64,000 nucleotides of DNA from Solirubrobacteraceae bacterium. GTDB lineage: Bacteria > Actinomycetota > Thermoleophilia > Solirubrobacterales > Solirubrobacteraceae. The notes under the pieces were generated by a model. It had not been told where the DNA came from. It ran no database searches and saw nothing but the letters and a program-made list of their open reading frames with translations. Of this stretch, positions 57,077 through 64,000 are shown in pieces. The first letter of the stretch is position 1, and each line of letters starts with the position of its first letter. A program made the position numbers and the translations under genes. Location of the stretch: the NCBI GenBank assembly GCA_049509055.1, contig JBELAG010000001.1, positions 8,895 through 72,894 on the forward strand, read 5' to 3'.

Positions 57077-59400
57077 CGCGACGCCCCCTCGATCAGGTCG
57101 ACGGCGGCGCCGGCGATCGTGTCGGCGTCGATCCCGAAATGCGCGTAGAGGTCGGGCACGTCGCCGGACTGCCCGAAGTCGTCGACCCCCAGACAGGCGA
57201 GCGGCTGGCAGCGCACCGCCGACAGGAAGCTGAGCGTGTGGGGGTGACCGTCGAGCGCGGTGACGACTGGCGCGGCCCGCTCGGCCGGGAACAGGACGTC
57301 GAGGATGGCGACGTCGGCGTCGGCGAGCCCCTGCCGGGCGCGCAGCGCGCGGAACACGAGGTCGGCCGAGGTGAGGCACACGACGTCGACTGCCACGTCG
57401 CCGCCGGCGAGCTCGTCAGCCGCCGCGAGCACGTCGGGCATCACCGCGCCGGCCCCCACGAGGACGACCTGCGGCGCGCGCGCCGCCCGGCGCAGGAGGT
57501 ATCCGCCGGCCAGCGCGTCGCGCCGTCGCTGCTCGCGGTCAGCGTCCTGCTCGGGGACGGCGGCCAGTGACTGATCGATCGGACGCGTGCTGAGCCGGAA
57601 GTAGGCCGAGCTCCCGTCGGGCCGGCCGAGCAACCCCAGCGCATGCAGCAGCGTCCACTCCAGGTCCTGTCCGAAGGCCGGCTCCCAGGCCACGCAGCGG
57701 GGCTGCTCCAGGCCCACCGACGGGGTGATGATCGACTGGTGCGCGCCGCCCTCGGGCGCGAGCGTCACCCCGGACGGCGTGCCCACCAGGATCGACTGCC
57801 CGCCCGCGTACATGCCGAACGACCACGGCTCGAGCGCGCGGTTGACGAACGGGTCATAGAGCGTGCCGATCGGCAGCAGCGGCCGGCCGTCACGCGACCA
57901 CGTCGCCCCCAGCTCGCCGAGCAGGCCGACCAGATTCCCCTCGGCGATGCCGAGCTCGATGTGCTGCCCGTGCGTGCCCTCGCGCCACGCGACCAGGGTG
58001 TTGGGGTCGTCGGCGAACCAGTCGACCCGGTCGCCGGGGCTCCAGACGCCGACGCGGTTCAGCCAGCCGCCGAGGTTGGTGGACGAGGCGACGTCCGGGC
58101 TGACCGTGACGACGCTGCGGGTGACCTCCGGCGCCGCATGCGCGAGGTCGACGAAGAAGCGGCCGAACGCCTGCTGAGTGGATTCGCGGCCGGCGTGCAC
58201 CCGGCCGAGCGCGGGGGGAACCGCGGGCGCGGGACGGGTGACGACCGGCTCGCGCGCAAGGTTGCGTGCCGCCCGCCGGCACAGGTCGTCCTCCGCCGAG
58301 CCGGGCGCGAAGCGCGCCCAGGGGTCGCCGGCGTCGGCGCCGAGCTCACCGGCCAGCTGCTCCCACTGCGCCGCCGTGAGCAGTGCCGAGTGATTGCCGG
58401 GATGGCCCTCGGTGGCCAGCCGCCACGACTTGATCGTGTAGGCGAGGATGACCGACGGCCGCTCGGCCTCGGCGTCGGCCGCCGCGAAGGCGTCGAGCAG
58501 CGCCCCGAGATCGTGGCCTCCGAGGTCGCGCACCGCACGCGCGAGCTCGTCGTCCTCGACCCCGGCGATCAGCCGGGAGATCTCCCGGCCACCGGGGCCC
58601 TCGCCCGGCAGGCGCTCGCGCAGCTGCGCCCGGCCGGCGCGCAGCAGGCGCTGGTACTCGGGGTTGGGCATCGCGTCGATGCGGGCGCGCAGCGCCGGCC
58701 CGCCGTCGCGCTCGAACAGGCCGTGCAGAAGCCGGCCGTATTTGACGGTCTGCACGTGCCAGCCCGCCGCGGTGAACATATCGGCCAGGCGCTGGGCGGC
58801 GATCTCGGGGACGATCCGGTCAAGCGACTGGCGATTGAGATCGACGATCCACAGCAGCTCGCCGAGCCGCGACACGATCGGGTCGAGGATCGCCTCCCAG
58901 CACGCGCCCTCGTCGAGTTCGGCGTCGCCCAGCAGCGCGACCTGACGCCCACCCTGCGGCACCTCGAAATGGCCGGCGACGTAGCGATGCGCGACCGCGC
59001 TCCAGACGGGCGCGGTGGCGCCGATCCCGACCGAGCCGGTGGAGAAGTCGGCCCGCACCGGATCCTTGAGCCGGCTCGGGTAGCTCTGCAGCCCGCCGAA
59101 CGCGCGCAGCGTCGTCAGATAGCGCTCCTCGAGCGTCCCGAGCAGGTATTCGATCGCGTGCAGCACCGGCGCGGCGTGGGGCTTGACCGACACGCGATCC
59201 GGTCCGCGCAGGTGCTCGAAGTACAGCGCCGACATGATGCTCACGATCGACGCCGACGACGCCTGGTGGCCGCCCACCTTGACGCCGGACGGAGTCACCC
59301 GCACATGGTTGGCGTGGTGCACGATCGACGTGGCCAGCCACAGGACGCGATCCTGCACGGCCTCGAGCACCTGGAGGTCCCTGCCGGTCGCCGACGACAT
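57073..59400 (-). CDS. aceE: Pyruvate dehydrogenase E1, homodimeric AceE type
   Basis: KVGGHQASSAS, LQSYPS, DFSTGSVG, GDAELDEG, NRQSLD, GIAEGN, EGGAHQS. Confidence 0.9.
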   Translation of the reverse strand: MSSATGRDLQVLEAVQDRVLWLATSIVHHANHVRVTPSGVKVGGHQASSASIVSIMSALYFEHLRGPDRVSVKPHAAPVLHAIEYLLGTLEERYLTTLRAFGGLQSYPSRLKDPVRADFSTGSVGIGATAPVWSAVAHRYVAGHFEVPQGGRQVALLGDAELDEGACWEAILDPIVSRLGELLWIVDLNRQSLDRIVPEIAAQRLADMFTAAGWHVQTVKYGRLLHGLFERDGGPALRARIDAMPNPEYQRLLRAGRAQLRERLPGEGPGGREISRLIAGVEDDELARAVRDLGGHDLGALLDAFAAADAEAERPSVILAYTIKSWRLATEGHPGNHSALLTAAQWEQLAGELGADAGDPWARFAPGSAEDDLCRRAARNLAREPVVTRPAPAVPPALGRVHAGRESTQQAFGRFFVDLAHAAPEVTRSVVTVSPDVASSTNLGGWLNRVGVWSPGDRVDWFADDPNTLVAWREGTHGQHIELGIAEGNLVGLLGELGATWSRDGRPLLPIGTLYDPFVNRALEPWSFGMYAGGQSILVGTPSGVTLAPEGGAHQSIITPSVGLEQPRCVAWEPAFGQDLEWTLLHALGLLGRPDGSSAYFRLSTRPIDQSLAAVPEQDADREQRRRDALAGGYLLRRAARAPQVVLVGAGAVMPDVLAAADELAGGDVAVDVVCLTSADLVFRALRARQGLADADVAILDVLFPAERAAPVVTALDGHPHTLSFLSAVRCQPLACLGVDDFGQSGDVPDLYAHFGIDADTIAGAAVDLIEGASR

Positions 59401-59535
59401 GACGCCGATGATGACGTCCGCGGTCCCGAAAGGCCAGTACCTGCGGCCGGAGACGGTGCGAGTCGTCGGTTGTCACGGATCGTGGCCGGGAGTAGCGTTG
59501 AGCGCCGGTCGGCCCAACAGAGGAGGAGAGGCTCG

Positions 59536-60226
59536 ATGGATCTCGATTGTGCGCGCCTGATCGCCCGCGGGCGATGGGTGGTGGTGACGTCGATCATGGC
59601 GGTGACCGTCGCGGCCTGTGGCAGCGCCAGCTCCAGCAGCTCGCGCAGCGCGTCGAGCTCCAGCGGCGCGGCGACCTCGTCGAGCGCGGCCGGCGCAGCG
59701 ACGACGGGCTCCGCCTCGGGGTCGGTCTCGGCCTCGACGCTGGCCTCGCTCAAGACGATCGTGACCAAGGCCGAAGCGGTGCCGGCCTACACGAACCCCG
59801 GTCCGGCGGTCAGCGGTTCGGTCGTGAAGGGGTCCTCGATGGTCGTGTTCCCGATCAACAGCCAGATCGACGCCTGTCAGACCCAGGCCGAGGATTTCGC
59901 GGCGCTCGGCAAGAGCCTGGGCGCGAACGTGACGCTGGTGTCGAACTCCGGCCAGCCCTCGCAGTGGCAGAGCGCGGTGCAGGACGCCACCGGCGCCCAT
60001 GACAAGGCGGTCGCGATGCAGGTGTAGACCTTCAGGCCGCTGATATGGGAGTTGCCTGATCGGCCATCACCCGGCGGCCCCGGTGAACGCCGAGGTGGAC
60101 CCCGATCGCTTCTTCGTCGCCGCCAACGTGTCGTCGTTCTTCGGCCCGGGCGGGACGTACGGCAACGCCGGGTTCGGCGGCAACGCGTTCATCAGCGGCT
60201 TCGACAAGCTGTGGGGGGTCTCCTAG
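59536..60226 (+). pseudogene. Sugar ABC transporter substrate-binding lipoprotein, middle deleted and replaced by a ~45-nt inverted piece
   Basis: RBS AGGAGG, lipobox VAACG, Ser/Ala linker, N-terminal SBP to AHDKAVAM; the C-terminus LIGHHPAAPVN...GFDKLWGVS* is in another frame. Confidence 0.75.
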
Positions 60227-60253
60227 CAACCGCCGGGGCGCCGCTCTCTCCCG

Positions 60254-61873
60254 ATGCCCGAGCGCGTCGAAGCGGCGGCGCCCGCCTCGACGCCGGCGGA
60301 GGTCCCGTCGCTGCAGGCGCGGGGCCTTGCCAAGCGGTTCGGCGCCCAGTGGGCGCTGCGTGGCGCCGATCTGACGATCGGCGCCGGCGAGGTGGTGGCG
60401 CTGCTGGGCGAGAACGGGTCGGGCAAGTCGACACTGGTCAAGATCCTGGCCGGGTATCACGAGCCCGAGCCGGGCGGCGAGCTGCGGATGGCGGGCACGC
60501 CGGTGCGGTTGCCGGTCGCGCTGGGTGGCTTTCGCGACATCGGGCTGGCCTTCGTGTTCCAGGACCTCGGCCTGGCCAACGAGTTGACGGTGGTGGAGAA
60601 CCTGTTCGTCGGTCACCGGCTGAGCGGTCTCGCGGCCCGGGGCGGGCGGTGGATCAACTGGCGCGCGGAACGTCAGCGGGCGCGGGAGATGTTCGCGCGC
60701 TATGAGGTCGATCTGGATCCGTCGGCCACGGTCGGCCGGCTGCGTCCGACGGCGCAGGCGCTGCTGGCGATCGTGCGAGCGGCGGAGGATCTGCGGGAGT
60801 TCCGGGCGCGGTCGGGCGGGGCCGGCGGCGTCCTGGTGCTCGATGAGCCGACGGTGTTCCTGCCCGAGCACGAGAAGGTGTTCCTGTTTGACCTCGTCCG
60901 CCGAGTGGTGGCTGACGGGACCGGAGTGCTGTTCGTCTCTCATGACATGACCGCGGTGCGGGAGATCGCGCATCGGGCGGTGGTGTTGCGCGATGGGGTC
61001 GAGGTCGGTGACGTGCTGGTCTCCGAGGCGACCGATGCTCAGCTCGTGCAGCTGGTCTCCGGGCACCGCCTCGCGCCGGGTGCGCTGGAGCGGGCCGCGA
61101 CCTCCGAGCGGGCCGGCGCCGGCGCGGCGGCGGACGTGGTGCTCGCCGTCGAGCACGTCTGCGGTGGCCGGGTGCGCGACGTGTCGCTGGAGGTGCGCGC
61201 GGGTGAGATCGTCGGCGTCGCCGGTCTGTTGGGCTCGGGCAGCGAGGACCTCCCGTACGTGCTGTTCGGCGCGATGGCCGGGACCGCGGGGCGCATGCGG
61301 GTCGGCGATTGGTCGGGCGACGTGTCCGCGCTTGACCCGTCGCAGGCGCAGCGGCTCGGGATCGCGCTGGTGCCCGGTGATCGCAAGCAGCAGGGCGCGG
61401 CCGGAGACCTGTCGGTGGAGAAGAACATGCTGTCGCTGGTGCTTCCGAGCTTCGTCCGTCGCGGGATCCTCGCGCACGGACGGATCCGCTCGGTGGCCCA
61501 TCGGCGCAGCGAAACCTACGATGTGCGCCCGCGCAACCCGGCGGCGGTGATGGCGGCGCTCAGCGGCGGCAACCAGCAGAAGGTCGTGCTCGCCCGCTGG
61601 CTGGAGCTCGACCCGCGGCTGTTGCTGTTGCACGAGCCGACGCAGGGAGTCGACGTCGCCACCCGCGCCGAGATCTACGAGATCATGCGCGCCCGCTGCC
61701 GCGAGGGCGCCGGGATCCTCTGGGTGAGCACCGATTTCGACGAGCTGGCCACCGTCGCGCACCGGATCCTGGTGTGCGCGGACGGGATCATCGCGGGCAG
61801 CCTGGCGCCGCCGTTCACCCGTGATCGGATCACCAACGAGGTCTACGCCACCGTCGCGCGCGGTGGTGTTTAG
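60254..61873 (+). CDS. Sugar ABC transporter ATP-binding protein (RbsA/CUT2 type)
   Basis: GENGSGKSTLVKILAG, LVLDEPT, PGDRKQQG, LSGGNQQKVVLARWL, LHEPTQGVDV. Confidence 0.93.
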   Translation: MPERVEAAAPASTPAEVPSLQARGLAKRFGAQWALRGADLTIGAGEVVALLGENGSGKSTLVKILAGYHEPEPGGELRMAGTPVRLPVALGGFRDIGLAFVFQDLGLANELTVVENLFVGHRLSGLAARGGRWINWRAERQRAREMFARYEVDLDPSATVGRLRPTAQALLAIVRAAEDLREFRARSGGAGGVLVLDEPTVFLPEHEKVFLFDLVRRVVADGTGVLFVSHDMTAVREIAHRAVVLRDGVEVGDVLVSEATDAQLVQLVSGHRLAPGALERAATSERAGAGAAADVVLAVEHVCGGRVRDVSLEVRAGEIVGVAGLLGSGSEDLPYVLFGAMAGTAGRMRVGDWSGDVSALDPSQAQRLGIALVPGDRKQQGAAGDLSVEKNMLSLVLPSFVRRGILAHGRIRSVAHRRSETYDVRPRNPAAVMAALSGGNQQKVVLARWLELDPRLLLLHEPTQGVDVATRAEIYEIMRARCREGAGILWVSTDFDELATVAHRILVCADGIIAGSLAPPFTRDRITNEVYATVARGGV

Positions 61874-61891
61874 AGAGGCGGAGTCGAGGTC

Positions 61892-62932
61892 ATGACAACC
61901 GACGTGGACGAGCGGCAGCCGGCCGACACGCCGGGCGGCGACGGCGGACCGGCGAAGGCGCCGAGGCCGGGCCTCTCGCACCGCGGCACGCTGCTGGAGA
62001 GCGCGATGCTGCCGCTCGCCTGGATCCTGGTGATCGCGGGGTTCGGGATCCACTCGCCCGGCGACTTTCTGACGGTGGCGAACTTCTCCAACATCTTCGG
62101 CTCCCAGGCCGTGCTGTTCGTGTTGACGATGGCGCTGCTGGTGCCGCTCACCCAGGGCGACCTCGACCTGTCGGTCGGCGCGCTGTCGGGGCTGGTCTCG
62201 ATGGTGATCGCGGTGCTCAACGTCAACGACGGCATCGCGATCGTGCCGTGCATCCTGATCGGGCTGGCCGTCGGCGTGCTGTGCGGGCTGATCAACGGAC
62301 TGATCATCGTCCGCTTCGACGTCAACCCGTTCATCATCACGCTCGCCACCGGGACCGTGTTCGGCGGCGTCCAGGAGTGGTTGTCCAAGGAGCAGACGAT
62401 CGTCGGCGTCTCGACGCACCTCAGCGAGTGGACGTTCGTCAAGGAGGTCTTCGGGATCCCGATCGAGTTCTACTACGGCCTGGTGATCATGGTGGTCATG
62501 TGGTACCTGTTGACGTTCACGCCGTTCGGGCAGAGAGCCCTGTTCATCGGCCAGTCGCGCGAAGTCGCGCGGTTGAGCGGCTTCAAGGTCGGCGCGATGC
62601 GGCTGCGCGGCTTCGTGATCGCCGGCTTCGTCGCCGCGATCTCGGGGGTCCTGTTCGTCGGCACGACCGGCTCGGCGAGCGCCGGCACCGGCGCCAACCT
62701 GCTGCTGCCCGCCTACGCCGCGGCGTTCCTCGGGCTGACCACGATCCAGCCCGGCCGCTTCAACGCGATCGGCTCCGGGATCTCGGTCTACTTCCTGGCC
62801 ACCGGCGTCGCCGGCCTCGAGCTGCTCGGCGCCCAGGACTACGTGCAATCGCTGTTCTACGGGATCGTCCTGGTGATCGCCGTCGTCCTCTCCCGGCTGG
62901 TCAACCGCCGGAGCCTCGGCGTTGGGTCCTGA
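61892..62932 (+). CDS. Sugar ABC transporter permease (RbsC type)
   Basis: GDLDLSVG, GLINGLII..VNPFIITLA, TPFGQRALFIG, YAAAFLG. Confidence 0.92.
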   Translation: MTTDVDERQPADTPGGDGGPAKAPRPGLSHRGTLLESAMLPLAWILVIAGFGIHSPGDFLTVANFSNIFGSQAVLFVLTMALLVPLTQGDLDLSVGALSGLVSMVIAVLNVNDGIAIVPCILIGLAVGVLCGLINGLIIVRFDVNPFIITLATGTVFGGVQEWLSKEQTIVGVSTHLSEWTFVKEVFGIPIEFYYGLVIMVVMWYLLTFTPFGQRALFIGQSREVARLSGFKVGAMRLRGFVIAGFVAAISGVLFVGTTGSASAGTGANLLLPAYAAAFLGLTTIQPGRFNAIGSGISVYFLATGVAGLELLGAQDYVQSLFYGIVLVIAVVLSRLVNRRSLGVGS

Positions 62933-62977
62933 CGCGGCGTGCGCCGCGTCAGGATCCGCCGCCCGCCGCCGGCCGGG

Positions 62978-63622
62978 TCAGGAGGCCTGGCGCTCGCGAC
63001 GCGCGAGGTCGACGAGCACCCCGGTCACCTCGGCGAGGTGGTGGCGCATCGCCTCCTGCGCGGCGTCGCGGTCGCCGTCGCCGATCGCCCGCACGATCGT
63101 CGCGTGCTCGGCGATCGAGCGGGCGGCACGTCCGGGCGCGAGCACGGTGCGAAACTGGAAGCGGACGACCTGGGAGCGCAGGCGCCCGCAGACGTCGATC
63201 GCGACATGATGCCGCGAGACCTCGAGGATGCGGCGGTGCAGCACGCCGTTGTGAGCCGACATCTCCAGCAGCTCGCCGCCGGCCTGGAGCCGCTGCATCT
63301 CGCCGACGAGCGCGGCGAGCTCGCCGGCCTCGTCGGCGGTGCGCCGCAGCGCGGCGTACCCGGCGGCCAGCGACTCCAGCGCGCAGCGCGCCTCGACGAT
63401 CTCGATCGCCTCGTCGATCAAGATGCGGCGCACGTGGGCGCCGCGATTGCGCTCCCGGGCGACGAGGCCGTCGTGGCCGAGGCGCACGATCGCGGCGCGC
63501 ACCGCCCCGCGGCTGCAGCCCAGCCGCTCGGCGATCTCCTCCTCGATCAGCCGCTCGCCGGGCGACAGCTCCGAGGCGACGATCGCGCGGTGGAGGTGCT
63601 CGTAGGCGTCGCCTTCGCTCAT
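62978..63622 (-). CDS. GntR family regulator (FCD/FadR type)
   Basis: LSPGERLIEEEIAERLGCSRGAVRAA, EARCALE, HNGVLH, SIAEHATIVRAI, AMRHHL. Confidence 0.92.
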   Translation of the reverse strand: MSEGDAYEHLHRAIVASELSPGERLIEEEIAERLGCSRGAVRAAIVRLGHDGLVARERNRGAHVRRILIDEAIEIVEARCALESLAAGYAALRRTADEAGELAALVGEMQRLQAGGELLEMSAHNGVLHRRILEVSRHHVAIDVCGRLRSQVVRFQFRTVLAPGRAARSIAEHATIVRAIGDGDRDAAQEAMRHHLAEVTGVLVDLARRERQAS

Positions 63623-63659
63623 GAGACAGCTATATCAGGTCACCCAGATCGCCGAGTAG

Positions 63660-63682
63660 ATTGTTGACGATTTTGTTAACAT
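63660..63682. promoter_or_regulatory. Tandem TTGTT(G/A)AC boxes (probable GntR operator) overlapping an extended -10
   Basis: ATTGTTGACGATTTTGTTAACAT; TGTTAACA is a perfect palindrome; TGnTAACAT lies 4 nt before ATG 63687. Confidence 0.6.
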
Positions 63683-63686
63683 TCGC

Positions 63687-64000
63687 ATGATGGACGAGGG
63701 CCATCCGGTTCCGTCGCGGCGCGCGCGCGAGGCCGTGCGCGGGGGCTTCGATCCCCACGTGCACGTCGCTCCCGATTTCGCGCCGCGCCGGATCACCGAC
63801 CTCGAACTCGCCGTGCGCTGCCGGGAGGTCGGCCTCGCCGGCTTCGGCCTCAAATCGCACTACACCGCGACGGCCGAGCGGGCCGCGGTCGTGACCGCCG
63901 CCCATCCCGAGATCCGCGCGCTCGGGACGATCACCCTCAACCACGCCGTCGGCGGGCTCAACGCGACCGCCGTGGAGGTGGCGGCGCGGCAGGGCGCGCG
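63687..64000 (+). CDS. DUF6282-like amidohydrolase-related protein, 3'-partial
   Basis: GGFDPHVHVAPD..RRITDLE...GFGLKSHY..TAERA..GTITLNHAVGGLN..AVE. Absent from the ORF track because it runs off the window. Confidence 0.75.
   Translation, partial: MMDEGHPVPSRRAREAVRGGFDPHVHVAPDFAPRRITDLELAVRCREVGLAGFGLKSHYTATAERAAVVTAAHPEIRALGTITLNHAVGGLNATAVEVAARQGA

Noticed and set aside
2934-62848. Very long antisense or alternate-frame ORFs (e.g. 2934-6440, 13649-15808, 28949-31528, 46110-48932, 57643-60027, 60032-62848)
   Set aside because: They are shadow ORFs of real genes in high-GC DNA: Arg/Gly/Pro-rich with no recognisable motifs.

Overview
High-GC (roughly low-70s % by eye, not computed) actinobacterial chromosomal DNA. 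The gene style suggests Thermoleophilia/Solirubrobacterales, which is an inference. About 50 genes. (1) Two blocks of a large cell-envelope glycan locus (about 1-17.9 kb and 27.5-39.3 kb): two ~1400-aa AftD/DUF3367-like GT-C paralogues, a YfhO-like and two other GT-C-like membrane proteins, three polyprenol-phosphate-sugar synthase-like GT2s, three GT4s, four SAM methyltransferases, an O-antigen-ligase-like protein and a Wzx flippase. (2) An intervening block with PadR, lepB, a GNAT, a DUF4062-NB-ARC-TPR NLR-like protein and an FtsX-type ABC module. (3) typA, NfeD/SPFH and tkt, followed by a REP-like palindrome array. (4) A signalling/redox block: cyclase-STAND ATPase, a VioB-type ferritin-like gene with an uncharacterised partner, Crp/Fnr, MarR-catE/yceI with three operator boxes, and a LysR-HTH/B12/PAS/LuxR mosaic. 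(5) aceE-type PDH E1 with E2, a sugar ABC transporter, GntR and a DUF6282-like gene. At least eight genes or gene pairs are broken by indels, internal deletions or a short inversion, so part of the apparent novelty may be assembly or amplification artefact. No rRNA, tRNA, CRISPR, transposase or integrase was recognised. All family assignments come from motif recognition, not database searches.
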